From: the human T2T-CHM13v2.0 reference genome, Homo sapiens
DNA: 64,000 bases
Strand: one strand, 5' to 3'
Assembly: GCF_009914755.1 (NCBI RefSeq)
Contig: NC_060928.1
A program made the translations under genes and the position numbers. Positions 1 to 17,847 of this stretch are shown piece after piece (positions within the stretch are counted from its first letter, which is position 1; every line of letters begins with the position of its first letter). A model generated the notes under the pieces. The model was given only the letters and a program-made list of their open reading frames with translations, had not been told where the DNA came from and did no database searches.

Positions 1-429
1 TCCCTCCACCCTGCCCCACACCTCCATCTTTCAGTGTCTTTGTCCTGCCATGCACCGTTCCCTCTGCTAGAAATGTCCTTCTCATCCTTTAACCCGTAAT
101 ATCTGCGTATCCTTCCAGACAAAACTTCAGCCTTATCTTCTCCCAGCCATCTCTCCGAATGCCCCAGGGCAGAAGTAGCACACTTTTGTACTTCCCTCTC
201 AGAGTGCTCAGGACACAGTCCAGTATTAAGTAATGCACACAGTGCTTCTCCCAGTAAAGTTTGAGTTCCTGGAGGGCTGGAGACATGTTTGATTTATCTT
301 TGTCATTTCTAGGACATGAGAGGCTCTCAATAAATGTGGAATGAATTGATAACTGACTAAATAAATGACACCAGTCTGAAATTCCTAACTAAAGTTACTT
401 AGAGATCATTTTTCCCAACCTGGTTCTCC

Positions 430-615
430 CCTTCACTTGCTGTGTGGCCTTTGGCAAGTTACTTAACCTCTCTGTGCCTCCATTTCTTCATCTGTAAAAT
501 GCAGCTAATAGTAGAAGGATATATCTACTTTATAGGGTGGCATGAGCATCATCTGTTAGTGTAGGTAAAGTACTTAGATAAGTACCTGGCAAATAATAAG
601 CACTCGGTAAATGTC
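430..615 (+). mobile_element. MIR SINE
   Basis: MIR core TGTGTGGCCTTTGGCAAGTTACTTAACCTCTCTGTGCCTCCATTTCTTCATCTGTAAAATG. Confidence 0.85.
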
Positions 616-629
616 AGAGTTTACATGCA

Positions 630-1112
630 CATGCCCAGAGATGCATCTGACTCACCCCACCTCTGTCCCCACCCACACTGCTGTGAGGGTTGGCTGCTGA
701 TGGCTCTACCTGCAGCCTTTCTTTGGAGAATTACTCTCAGCCAAAGGGAGCAGCCTCACCTAAAGGGTTACTCTGTGCAGCTCATGGTCAATGACTGATG
801 ACCTACGGTACAAAAGGTTGCCCCCCTGCATCAACTTGATGACCTGGGATACAAAAGGCTGGCCCTCTGTATGGACTTGATGTCCTGGAGTACAAAAGCC
901 TGCCCCCTGCCTTAAAGTAGCACCAACTTCTTAGGGCGAGCTGTGCTCCCAAGGTCCTCTTTGCAGCAGGCTGAAGCTAGTCTCCAACCCAGCATCCCTT
1001 CACCCTTCCCTGTCCTGCTGCCTCACTTCCTAACCCCTGAGGGCACCTCACTCAGTCGCTTGAACAGGAATACCTGTCTCAGGCTCTGACTGTAGGTAGC
1101 TTGGTTGAGACA
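630..1112 (+). mobile_element. ERVL solo LTR, LTR16A-like, with internal 41-bp triplication
   Basis: Matches recalled LTR16A motifs: GCTGTGAGGGTTGGCTGCT, GGAGAATTACTCTCAGCC, CAATGACTGA..TACAAAAGG, CAGGCTGAAGCTAG, TCTCAGGCTCTG, ending GAGACA. Confidence 0.75.
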
Positions 1113-2139
1113 ACCACTGTCACCGTCACTATCATCAGACAGGAGGAAATGAGACCCAGAGCTGTTAACTGGTTTCTCCAAGACCCAAGGTTAGGAACAC
1201 GAGTTGGAGGTAGTCAGGCATTAACTAGAAGTTCATTTGTTATTTTAGAGTAGTGCTGGTTTTTATGAGTCTCCAATGAGCCTTTTCTAAGAAACACCGA
1301 CTGAATAAATTAACCAACAATCAGCTTGAAAAACACAAACTAAGTTACCTTAGGTAGGTACAGAAGGTCACGACAAAAAGGAATCAATGGGAAAGGAAAA
1401 CATGACGATTACATGCCTTCGTGGGTGGTGAGGACAGCGAGGACAGCCTTTGCTGAGTCCTGATCCCCTGAGATGAGACCGAGGTCCAGGCCAAGCGGGG
1501 GACCCCTCAGGCCTGCGGCATAGGTAAGGGGTGGCAAAACGGATCACAACCATGTCCCTGCTTGCCTTTGCCTTACCATGATCCCACCTATCTAGACACA
1601 CCACCCCTCAGAACTCACATCCCATGTGCCTCCACTGAGTACTCTTCAGCAATTCCCCACCACCCCCAGGACCCCCAGCTCAAAGCCATCTCCATTTGAT
1701 AATCCCATGAAGGTCATCAAATGCCATCCTTGCTTAGGTCAGCCCATTACACTGGACTATGAGGGCTTTGAGGACAGGAGCTGGGACTTGGATCTTTGCC
1801 TTACCCCAGAGGGGAGGGAAATGAAGGGAAAGAGAATCTGACACACACTTGTGTTTGGTAGTTGTGAGGTAGGAATCAAGACCATGCTTCTCCTTGAGAG
1901 TGACAGCTGGGAGAAGTCCATCAACTTCAGGTTCTCCCAGCCACTGAAACTGATGAAGCCAGATTCTAATCCAAGTCAGTCCAAGCTGAAACAGACCAGG
2001 AAAAGGAAAATCAACTTCAGCAAGGCACTTAAAGACATTTGCTGTAATTAGATGGACATTTTGATGGGAAAAGAGGCTGATGGGAATGCTTTGCAGGGCT
2101 TAATGCAGGAGTTCTTGTTCTTTCTCAGTGTAAAAGTGT

Positions 2140-2444
2140 TTTTTTCCTTCCCTGGTTACAACACTAGCATATACTTGTGAAAAATCTGAATAACACAGAA
2201 GCGTATAAAACAGAAGATATTAGTGCCTGATATTCTCTCTCATCCTCTGCAATACCTACTGTTAAGAGTTTAAATATACTGGCTGGGCGTGGTGGCTTAC
2301 CCTTGTAATCCCAGCACTTTGGGAGGTTCTTTATTTGTTAAGGACTTCAAATCCTTTGTTGTGTACAGTGCAAATATTTTTCTTCAACTTGAATATCTTT
2401 CAGTCTTCTTTATGGTATCCTCTCTTGAACAGAAGTTTAAAAAA

Positions 2445-2445
<1 letters not shown>
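2140..2445 (-). mobile_element. Old L1M (L1ME-like) fragments, resuming at ~3769-3840
   Basis: Antisense L1 motifs TGCAAATATTTTTCTT and GAACAGAAGTTT, continuing as AATGTCAAATTTATCT after the pseudogene/Alu block. Confidence 0.5.
2281..2326 (+). mobile_element. Alu 5' fragment (consensus ~1-46 only)
   Basis: GGCTGGGCGTGGTGGCTTACCCTTGTAATCCCAGCACTTTGGGAGG, then abrupt end. Confidence 0.85.
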
Positions 2446-3768
<1,323 letters not shown>

Positions 3769-4052
3769 TTAAATTTTTATAATGTCAAATTTATCTAGCT
3801 TTTATGTGTTTGGGTTTTCATGTTATGCTGGAAAGACTTCTTGTTCATAAATTAACAAGATCAAGAGTTTTGGAATGGAAATTGATTCTAGCATGTGTGG
3901 ACCATTATGCTGAATTTTGGTGGACACATAAATACCTTTATCAGGCAAGCTATTTTTAAACTCTGTAATTACAATTTAATAGTAGGCCAAATAATGAAAA
4001 AAAAGTATTATAGAACTAAGAGCTACATTTAATTAAAAGTGAATATCTTTTT

Positions 4053-4309
4053 AGGCTGAGGCGGGAGGTTGGATCACTTGAGCCCAGGAGATTGAGGCCA
4101 GCCTGGGCAACAGAGCAAGACCTGGTCTCTATAAAAAATTTTAAAATTAGCCAGGTGTGGTGTCACAGGCCTATAGTCCCAGCTACTTAGTAAGCTGAGG
4201 CAGGAGGATTGCTTGCTTCCAGGAGTTCAAACTTGTAGTGAACTATGATTGCATCATTGCACTCCAGCCTGTGTGACAGAGCAAGATCCTGTTTCAATAA
4301 ATAAATAAA
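4053..4309 (+). mobile_element. AluJ, 5'-truncated (starts at consensus ~44)
   Basis: AGGCTGAGGCGGGAGG..CACTTGAGCCCAGGAG..(AATA)n tail. Confidence 0.9.
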
Positions 4310-4821
4310 GGGGGGATTACATAATAGCACAAGTAACAAAAATTTCCCCCCATAATTGCATTCTTCTGAATAACCACAGTTTATATTTTACTATTTTTCT
4401 TTCCAGTCTTTTTTCTAGTCTTGTGTACTTACATATATTTTTTAAACAAAATTTGGTTCATATTCATCTGGAATGGTCTTTTTTCACTGAATATCAGATT
4501 GTGAATTTGTGGGAGGACTGAGTAACTGTTGTATACTCCATTACAAAGTCTATGATTGAAATCTAGTAGTATTTGTTAACTAGAGAAAGTCTTTTAAGAT
4601 GATAAGATATATACCAAACAACCTTCTTTCTTCTTTCTAAAATGGCTCCATCCTTTGATCTTTTATCATCCACACTTATTTTGTTTTAGCGGCTTCTGTA
4701 CGTAACTGTTGAGCTGTGTTATCTTGGAAAGGTTTCATGTCTACCCACTCCCTTTTCACATTTTTACCATGCCTTTCTTGAAAATCACATTTTAGTGACG
4801 CTTCTTAGTGATTTTTTTCTT

Positions 4822-5150
<329 letters not shown>

Positions 5151-5432
5151 TGAGTGCCTTTGCAATGGGACACGGAGACAGCTTTTGCTTTGTGCGGCTT
5201 CAAGTTTTGTATAAATCTCAAACTATTCTATGTTCCGTGGATGTGGCCTTCCATCTCATCCCATTTCAGAGATACTCTTCATTCCACTGGATCGCTAACT
5301 TCTCCTGAGTGCCTCCTGATATGCTGGTCACACCACTGTCATCCTCCATTTCCTGACAAATCCAACAACTGCTGAGCCAGAACAGCCACGTGAGCTGAAT
5401 TGTGCCTGGTGGTCACAGTAGAACCACAGATA

Positions 5433-5451
5433 ATGCAGCTAGATGGCGCTC
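5433..5451 (+). promoter_or_regulatory. Candidate CTCF site
   Basis: CAGCTAGATGGCGCTC matches CCRSYAGRKGGCRSY with one mismatch, in unique sequence; motif only. Confidence 0.35.
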
Positions 5452-6137
5452 ACATCCACACATTTCTGAGGAATTAGGCGGCAATGTTCAAGATGTTTTA
5501 CATTAGTTCCCAGCCTTGAGTTTACAGTCTTGGGAGAGGAGGACCAGTATACTTAGGCACATGAAATATCTGCAAAGTAATGCTAATATATGCATTTTCC
5601 AAATGAAACTAACATAAAATGAGTACAGCATGTTGGTTGCTCCTCTAAGCCCTAAACTGTCCTCCCAGCACCCCTACGACACAGGTACAGTACAATTACA
5701 TCTTTCCTTTAAGAGGAGGCACTAATAGATTTAGTAGTTTTCCCAAGGCCACAGGGGCAGAGGCATAAGTCAACCCAGGTAGCTCGCTCCAAAGCCACAC
5801 TTAATCACAATGAACTGGCTCAAGAAAAAGGAGAATAGAATGACATCAAACCAACAGTGGTGACCTGCGGGGAGTCAGGTGTGCTGGGAGACTACACTAT
5901 TTACTTTCCACACAAAGCTCTGTATTGTTGAAAATTCTGTCCCCAGGCATAAACTGTCATGCTTTTAAATTCAATACTTTTTATAAGAATAATATAAGAG
6001 CATAAAATACTACTCAACTGTGGTCAAAGGCTAATTCAGGAATTGTGGGTTTTGAAGCTTGTTTATGGAGGAAGGAGACTCTAAGGATAAGAATTCAAAA
6101 TAGAAATACAAAATTACATATAAAAGTAAATATTTAT

Positions 6138-6417
6138 GGCCAGGTGCACTGGTTCACACCTGTAATCCCAGCACTTTGGGAGGCCGATGCAGGAGGCTTG
6201 CTTGAGCTCAGGAGTTCAAGACCAGTCTGTGCAACATAGTGATACCCCATCTCTACAAAAAAGTTAGAAAAACTAGCTGGGTGTGGGATAGTCCTAGCTA
6301 GCTGGGAGGCTGAGGTGGGAGGATCACTTGAGCCCAGGTGTTGGAGGCTACAGTGGGCTATGATTGCACCACTGCTCTCCAGCCTGGGCTGCAGGGGGAG
6401 ACCCTGTCTCAGAAAAA
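6138..6417 (+). mobile_element. AluJ
   Basis: Full dimer inside the hAT element. Confidence 0.92.
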
Positions 6418-6474
6418 GAGTGAAAGTTTATTTAGATTGAAATATGAAATCGTAACAAATTACACATTTTTGCT

Positions 6475-6778
<304 letters not shown>

Positions 6779-8896
6779 ACACATTTTTGAAAAGTGACAA
6801 ACACCACAAATATAACAAAATCCTGAAAAATGACATAACCTCTACAATATTTTTTCCTATTCTTTGGCTGCATACTTTTCATATGATCATCTCGTCACAT
6901 AACAACTGTGCAATATCATTTTCATGTAAAGAAGACAAAGCAATTCAAATGCATTTTAAAATGCCATTATGTTGGATAGAGCTACATAATTGTTTAATTG
7001 AATTCTCCCTCTGCTGTGTACAATAACTTATGGATGAATATGCTTGGGAGCTTTGTGACAAGAACACTTAGGGTGCTTTGCTGTGATTTTAGTGCTTTTG
7101 AATGTTTTTTTGTCTGGTGTTGCCAGGTTTCATCAGGACAAGTTATATCAGATATGCTAAGACTGACTCAATATGTTGGTAGACATAAAATGCAGTTTGG
7201 CATGCATAAAAATGATACTTCACAGTTTATAGTATTGCTACAGCTTTGTGCTCTACAAACACGAGAATTCTAATCAATTCTATTTTGCATTGATTTCTAC
7301 TTTAAAAGTATGATAGTATGGTGCATTATAATTGTATATACCACATTTCTGAGTATTTTCCTGAAGATAATTTCTGTCTTGACTAGACATCAATGAGAAC
7401 CAAATATTTCACTCATAATTGTGTACAGCTGATGATTGAAAGAACATTCCACAGATTAGCTTCTCATTCTGCACATTTTAACTCTTGCTTCTTCTTCACT
7501 CCCACATGCTTCCAGTGTCAGGCATCATAGGAAACATTTAAATCATAATAAGACCCATGATGCCACAGAGCATGCACTGAGCAAGAGGGTTCCTGGAAGC
7601 CTAGAATACCCAAGAATAACCAACAATTTCTCGACTCTACATGGAAGTGTGAACCATATATATAGATCCCACTCGACCAAAACAAATAAATCTCCAACTC
7701 AACTTCTCCTTAGCTGGATTCCCCAAAATGCTCATGCCTCTCCATCACCACACAACTCCTCAAGGGAAAAGTGACGCAGGGGCAAACAGAGTCAACAGCA
7801 TCCTTAGCTTATGACAGTTAAAATCTTACTTTTACATTTTTACCAAAAGCATGTGACCATGTGAACCCAAGCAAAGGTGCTTCTGGGATCTTGGAAGTCA
7901 TTCTTATAACTAGCAGGTCCTAAAGCTTAAGCTCCTTTCTAGAAAATCTACTCTGATTGTGGTGAAGACGACCATTGCAACAAGAGCCACGCTCACGGAG
8001 AAAGCAGTGCGTACTGGAGTTGTCAAGAAAAACTTCTTGTAGGAGACAGGCACTGAGCAAGGCCTTAAGTCATTGGTAGGATCCAACAAACAGAGGAATA
8101 GGATGGGAGTCTAAGCCACAAAGTTTCTGCATCTGCCAAAAAGTAGATATGCATGTATGTGGATGTAAAACGTGTTTTCCTGCCAATGAAAACATTTTTC
8201 CGTCACTGGCTTAGAGCTACCTAATAAGAGCCAATGGCAATACATTTACACATCACTAAAGAATGAGAAGTGAACTTTCTTCCCGGTCCCCTCTCCCCAT
8301 CACCATCAGCAAATAATCACTCCCAAGCCAAGATTAACCAGAGCTGCAGGCATTTGGCACACATGTGGTCCCCATCCACCTCTTCCAACCTGGGATCCAA
8401 AAACCCTGGATTTACACCCCAGGCAAAAGAGAGACTGGCCTGAGACTAAGTCTTCGGTGGTAGATGCAGGAAGCAAAGCCTGGTGGATGCCAGTCCAATC
8501 AGCGTGAGGAAGGAAGATTCATGCCCAGTTCTCACCCCTCTTTCGCTTGAATATATTTTGTGCCATTACCTGCAGGAAAGGGGGAAGGGAAGGAATGTTT
8601 CCCGCCAGAGGCAGCAGCTGTCCCCTCATTTGGAAGACTCTGAGTTGATTTTGGCCATGTCCTTCTGCCTGTTTCTTTAACATGCTGCATTAAGCCTCAG
8701 CTTTGCTCCTCTTGCTCCTGAATTCTGTTTTGAAATATCAGAGAAATGCTCCCAGGAGGACTTTGAATGTGAGCACTCTTTATAGGCTATTTTAAGGAGC
8801 TCCCAGCTCAGGCCAGGGTCAGGCAACAACAGCTAAACCCAAACTCATCAGCACCATGGTCTACCCAGGAAAGCACAAAGACTCAAATGTCACTGA

Positions 8897-10423
<1,527 letters not shown>

Positions 10424-11478
10424 AGAAATTAGGGTGATGGAGTAGCTTAGGGTTCCCCAACTCCTCCTTTCTTTGCAGATCATAAATGTGATTACCCTCT
10501 TTTGGTTTCCCCTAAGTTTATGTTTAATAAGCTTGTAATTTGTCTTTTTCCCACATTCCCCATCAACTCTAGAATTCAGCCGGCTTAGTTCCCAGGTCAT
10601 CCTCAGCTGGGTGGGGGTGGTGATTGCTCACTTGTGACAAAGCATCCTGGCGCTGATTGACTGGCTCAGTGTGGGGTGTGAATGGGGTCCTGAACACGGG
10701 CAAACGGAAAGAGATGGTTAAGAAACCATTAACAAGTGCCAAGTCAAATTCATTTCAGAATATAGTTAAAGTAGGAATCTAAAGTGCTATCTTTGCAGAC
10801 AGACAAAACCCTTGATTGAATAATTCTTGCCTTCCCCTCCCTTTGCAATGATCACATAATCCATATTGAATTATTGTGTACCTTTAGATCCACGTCCAGC
10901 TCTCTAGCCAGTCTCACGGTCTTCATCTTTATTGTGCCAAAATCACATGGCTTTAACTTGCAGGGTTGGATAATTTCTTCTAAATTCCACCTGCTTCCCT
11001 ATACCCCCTTACCCACTCCCTTGACCTTTTCTGGAAGATAAGAACAAGTTGAGGAACTTGCATTTTACATAGGAAAGCAATGTTTATGGCCCTGAAATAA
11101 GGGGCATGCTCACAGCCAGTATTCAAAATGTCTTGTTGAAATAAGCTCAAATACAATATAAAGATATTACCAACCAGCTTCTCTATGAATTACTCACTGC
11201 TCTACAAAAATGTTTCCAACTTTCCCAACACACACACACACAAATCTCTACTGTTGCACAATCCTGCTTGTATTTTTCAGATTGGCTTGATTAAAACTGT
11301 GTGAAGTAAAATTCAACCTGTTGACCTCACTCAAGATACCTGGAAATGAAAAGTTGGCCATCTGAGTCATTGGTTTTATTTTATTTTGGGGGGGAAAATA
11401 AGGTGGGAGTGTAAATATCATTAGATAAAGTTTCCAGAAATTTAAAGCCATGAAGGAGAGAGATCAACTGGGATTTAG

Positions 11479-11783
<305 letters not shown>

Positions 11784-12365
11784 TTTTTTTTTAATTAAAA
11801 TTAAAATTTTTTAAATTCTAAATTTTTGAGTTTAGAAGCACAAAAATATATTCTGTATAATAAGCTCACTTATGAACTTATTATATTTGGCATTTCCACA
11901 GATGTGAAAGTTTAACTTAAGAGGACAAGGCTTCTCCCATCCTTATGTGGGTTGAGAGCCAAGAAAACCCCTAAAACTCAGTCTTTTCTAATCAAACTTT
12001 TCTGATTAAAAAAAAAACTCTAAAATTAAGATGATTCCCAATGATCCAATTTAATTCTGGATCTTTTTCACAATAGGGGACCCTTTGTCAGCTGTGACAT
12101 AAACCAGTCTATTTCCAGCCTGAGCCATCTATGCTGCCTCCTTAAGAGTGAAGCCTGCCTACACTTTGAGAAGCTGAATACAAACTGAAGGTAACTGAGG
12201 GATCTCTGGGACCTCTGAAATCCTGGATAACTTTCTCTAAGGCTGGTTTGTGATTGGAGAAAGGGTACAAATGGTGCTTGCCCCAGCAGTGTGTCTCAAA
12301 CATTGAGATGCAGTAGAATCGTCTATTGAATTAGACTGACCTGGAGTGGAGCCCAAGTGAGGAAC

Positions 12366-12658
12366 TTTTTTTTTTTTGAGACAGAGCCTTGCTCTGTCAC
12401 CCAGGCTGGAGGGTAGTGGCAAGATCTTGGCTCACTGCAACCTCTGCCTCCTGGGTTCAAGTGATTCTCCTGCCTCAGTCTACTGAGTAACTGGGATTAC
12501 AGGTGCACCACCATACCTGGCTAATTTTTTATATTTTTAGTAGAGGTGGAGTTTCACCATGTTGAACAGGCTGGTCTTGAACTTGTGACCTCAAGTGATC
12601 CACCTGCCTCAGCCTCCCAATGTGCTGGTATTACAGGTGTGAGACAGTGTGCCCAGCC
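12366..12658 (-). mobile_element. AluS
   Basis: Full dimer with T-tract. Confidence 0.92.
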
Positions 12659-12709
12659 CCAGGTGGGGGAATTCTAACAGATTCCCTGGATGCCCCCAAG
12701 TCTAAGAAG

Positions 12710-12830
12710 CCCCTACTACATTACAGCCTCCTCCAAGGCAGAGAGGAGCCTTGTTTCATTCATTTTTGTATCATGGGGCTTGGCAACGTGCCAGGCACAT
12801 AATAAGCTCTTAAGAAATACATCCTAAATT
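12710..12830 (+). mobile_element. L2 3' fragment
   Basis: CTCCAAGGCAGAGAG..TTCATT..GCCAGGCACATAATAAGCTCTTAAGAAATAC. Confidence 0.55.
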
Positions 12831-13631
12831 CATCAGAACTGGTACTAAACTCCAGGTAGAATAAAAAATTTTAACATTTTTTTTTACCAGAAAATATGTA
12901 ATCGGAATAGCTTCTAAATACTGGCAAACAACAACAAAAGGATACTCTTACTTTGATTTCAAAGAAAAAAAAATAAGAAAAAATTCACAATTGGCATTGC
13001 TACAAACTCAATTGCTGTTAGGAATCACTAAAAACAAGATACTTTCATCCTGGCTAAAGCAAAAACACATCAATCGCTCTGTTTCACAAAAGTCAGAGCA
13101 GGGGGAAACATCAGACAATAAATAGACTTTCTGATATATAATATTTAAAAAAGAAAAAAGTCCCCCTTGAGACTGCAGCCATGCCTCAGTTCTTTCCCGC
13201 CTCGTCACCTTCCTTTCTTCTCCCCTGCTCTTTCTCCTGCTTACTCACTTGCCGTGCTCCCTGCCAGTATCTCTCTCCTCATCCTCAGTTGTCACACTTT
13301 TCTTATCTTCTCAGGAGCCATTAATGACTGACTCCAATGGTATGAGTGGGCGGTGGAAAAGATGAGGCCAGGACTGCTGAGAGAGCGGAGGAAACAGAGC
13401 CATGGGGGTTCCTGAAGGAGCCAGAACTTGAGTGTGAATAAGCTTTAGTTTTGCAGAACGCAGAGGGGGAGACATGCTAACCTAGAACAGCAATTTGTAA
13501 ACACGTCCATGCCTTTAGGAAACTTACTGTTTAAACAGGCCTTGTCTATCAGATTTAATTCAGTTAAACAAAATTTCATGAATATAGCAGTGATGGTTAA
13601 GAACATTGCCTCCCTAGAAAAAACTATTTTA

Positions 13632-13915
<284 letters not shown>

Positions 13916-15698
13916 AACAGAGAGCCAAATCATGACTGAACTCCCATTCACAACTGCTACAATGAGAATAAAATACCTAGGAATACAACTTACAAGGGAT
14001 GTGAAGGACCTCTTCAAGGAGAACTACAAACTACTCCTCAACGAAATAAAAGAGGACACAAACAAATGGAAGAACATTCCATGGTCACAGATAGGAAGAA
14101 TCAATATCATGAAAATGGCCATACTGCCGAAAGTAATTTATGGATTCAATGCTATCCCCATCAAGCTACCATTGACTTTCTTCACAGAATTAGAAAAAAC
14201 TACTTTAAAATTCATATGGAACCAAAAAAGAGCCCATATAGCCAAGCAATCCTAAGCAAAAAGAACAAAGCTGGAGGTATCACCCTACCTGCCTTCAAGC
14301 TATACTACAAGGCTACAGTAACCAAAACAGCATGGTACTGGTACCAAAACAGATATATAGACGAATGGAACAGAACAGAGGCCTCAGAAATAACACCACA
14401 CATCTACAACCATCTGATCTTTGACAAACCTGACAAAAACAAGCAACAGGGGAAAGATTCCCTATTTAATAGATGGGAAAACTGGCTAGCCATATGCAGA
14501 AAACTGAAAGTGGACCCCTTCCTTACACCTTATATAAAAATTAGCTCGAGATGGATTAAAGACTTAAATGTAAGACCATAAAAACCCTAGAAGAAAACCT
14601 AGGCAATACCATTCAGGACATAGGCATGGGCAATGACTTCATGGCTGAAACACCAAAAGCAATGGCAATAAAAGCCAAAATTGATAAATGGGATCTAATG
14701 AAACTAAAAAGCTTCTGCACAGCAAAAGAAACTATCATCAGAGTGAACAGGCAACCTACAGAATGGTAGAAAATTTTTGCAATCTATCCATCTGACAAAG
14801 GGCTAATATCCAGAGTCTACAAGGAACTTAAACAAATTTACAAGAAAAAACAAACAACCCCATCAAAAAGTGGGCAAAGGAAATGAACAGACACTTCTCA
14901 AAAGAAGACATTTATGCGGCCAACAAACATATGAAAAAAAGCTCATCATCACTGGTCATTAGAAAAATGCAAATCAAAACCACAATGAGATACCATCTTA
15001 CGCCAGTTAGAATGGCAGTTATTAAAAAGTCAGGAAACAGCAGATGCTGGAGAGGATGTGGAGAAATAGGAATGCTTTTACACTGTTGGTGGGAGTGTAA
15101 ATTAGTTCAACCATTGAGGAAGACAGTGTGGTGATTCCTCAAGGATCTCGAACCAGAAATACCATTTGACCCAGCAATCTCATTACTGGGTATATGCCCA
15201 AAGGATTACAAATCATTCTACTATAAAGACACATGCACATGTATGTTTATTGCTGCACTATTCACAATAGCAAAGACTTGGAATGACCCAAATGTCCATC
15301 GAAGATAGACTGGATAAAGAAAATGTGGCATATATATGCCATGGAATACTATGCAGCCATAAAAAAGGATGAGTTCATGTCCTTTGCAGGGACATGGATG
15401 AAGCTGGAAACCATCATTCTCAGCAAACTAACACAGGAACAGAAAACCAAACACCACATGTTCTTACTCATAAGTGGGAGTTGAACAATGAAAACACATG
15501 GACACAGGAAGCGGAACATCACACACCAGGGTCTGTGGGGAGGTGGGGGATAGGGGAGGGATGGCATTAGGAGAAATACTTAATGTAGATGACAGGTTGA
15601 TGGGTGCAGCAAACCACCATGGCACGTGTATACCTATGTAACAAACCTGCACGTTCTGCACATGTATCCCAGAACTTAAAATATAATTTAAAAAAGAA
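13916..15698 (+). mobile_element. 5'-truncated L1PA (L1PA7-like)
   Basis: ORF2 fragments ([12 protein letters not shown].., [11 protein letters not shown]..); 3'UTR AATGTAGATGACAGGTTGATGGGTGCAGCAAACCACCATGGC; A tail. Confidence 0.93.
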
Positions 15699-16423
15699 AA
15701 AAAACTATTTTAAAATTCATATGGAACCAAAAAAGAGCCCAAATAGCCAAGGCAATTCTAAGCAAAAAGAACAAACCTAATGGCATCAAGTTACCTGATT
15801 TCAAACTATACTACAGAGCTACAGTAACCAAAACAGTATGGTACTGGTACAAAACCAGACCCATAGACCAATGGAACAGAATAAAAGGCCCAGAAATAAG
15901 GCCACATCTACAACTATCTGATCTTTGACAAAGCTGACAGAAAGCAATGGTAAAGGACTCCTTATTGAATAAATGTGCTGGAATTACTGGCTAGCCATAT
16001 GCAGAAGATTGAAACTAGACCCCTTCCTTATACCATATACAAAAATCAACTCAAGATGGATTAAAGACTTAAATGTAAAACCCAAAACTATAAAAACCCT
16101 GGAAGACAACCTAGGCAATACCATTCTAGACATAGAAACTGGCAAAGATTTCATGGCAAAGATACCAAAAGCAATCTCAACAAAAGCAAAAGTTGACAAT
16201 AGGGATCTAACTAAAGTTAAGAGCTTCTGCACAGCAAAAGAATCTACCAACAGAGTAAATGGATAATATACAAAATAGAAGAAAATTTTTACAAACTATG
16301 CATCTGACAAAAAGGTCTAATATCCAGCATCTATAAGGAACTTAAATTTACACGGACAAAGAAAAAAAAAAAATTAAAAAGTGGGCAAAGGACATGAATA
16401 GACACTTTTCAAAAGAAGACATA

Positions 16424-16703
16424 GCTGGGCGTGGTGGTTCAAACCTGTAATCCCAGCACTTTGGGAGGCCAAGCAGGGTGGAGCACTTGAGCCCAGGAGT
16501 TCAAGACCAGCTTGGCCGACATGGCAAAATCCCATCTCTACTAAAAATGCAAAAAGTAGCAGGGTGTGGTGGCACACATCTGTAATCCCAGCTACGCAGG
16601 AGGCTGAGGCATAAGAATTGCTTGAACCTGGGAGGTGAAGGTTGCGGTGAGCTGAGATCGCAGCCTGGGTGACAGAGTGAACTCTGTCTCGAAGAAAAAA
16701 AAA
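16424..16703 (+). mobile_element. Alu (J/S) nested in the older L1
   Basis: Dimer with TSD AAGACATA. Confidence 0.9.
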
Positions 16704-17499
16704 AGACATACAGGCAGCCAAAAAGCATATGAAAAAAACTCAGTATCACTGCTCATTAGAGAAATGCAAATCACAGTGAGATACCATCTCAGACCAGTCA
16801 GAATGGCTATTACTAAAGTCAAAAATGCTGGCAAGGTTGCAGGGAAAAGGGAATGCTTATACACTGTTGGTGGCAGTGTAAATTAGTTAAACCATTGTGG
16901 AAGACAGTGTGGTGATTCCTTAAAAAGCTAAAAACAGAACTACCATCTGATCTAGCAATCCAATTACTGAGTATATACCCATGGAATATAAATCTTTCTA
17001 CCATAAAGACACATGTACCCATATGTTCATTGCAGCGCTATTCACAATAATAAAGACATGGAATCAACCTAAATGCCCATCAGCGGTAGACTAGATGAAG
17101 AAAACGTGGTACACATACACCATGGAATACTATGCAGCCACAAAAAACAACAAGATCATGTCCTTTGCAGGAACATGGATGGAGCTGGAGGCCATTATCC
17201 TTAGCAAACTAACACACGAACAGAAAACCAAATGCTGCATGTTCTCACTTATAAGTGGGAGCTAAATGATGGGAACACATAGACACATAGAGGGGAACAA
17301 CGCACACCGGGGTCTACTGGAGGGTGGAGGGTGGGAGAATGTAGAGAAGCAAAAAAAATAACCCTTGGGTACTAGGCTTAGCACCTGAGTGACAAAATCA
17401 TCTGTGCACCAAACCCCGTAACACAAGTTTACCTATGTAACAGACCTACACATATACCTCTGAACCTAAAATAGAAGTTAAACATAAAAGAACACCAAC

Positions 17500-17668
17500 T
17501 CTGGAGGCAGACTAGTTTTCAATCCCAGCTCCAAAATTGACTGTCTCTGTAACCTTGGGCAACTTACTTCTCTGTGCCTCAGTTTTCTCAGCTGGAATAT
17601 GGGGATAATAATACAGTTGATGTGAGAATTAAACCAGCATCTGGCAGTATATAAGTGTTACTTATTAT
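17500..17668 (+). mobile_element. MIR (its 5' part lies at ~13584-13612)
   Basis: AATCCCAGCTCC..ACCTTGGGCAACTTACTTCTCTGTGCCTCAGTTTTCTCA. Confidence 0.8.
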
Positions 17669-17847
17669 TTCACCATCACTGCTTTTCTTTTAAAAGTAAA
17701 TAAAAACAGGAACTTACAATTTAGTTGGGGGTGGTGGGCAGGATAATATGGACAACTCATACTAATGTCTCTTCTATAAATCTGATTATTTTTGCTTTTG
17801 TTTTTTAAGCAAGACATAGCTTACACAGAACATATAAAAGAAGAAAT

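Noticed and set aside
797-913. Regularly spaced repeats as a CRISPR-like array
   Set aside because: Eukaryotic DNA, contiguous tandem units without unique spacers, no cas genes
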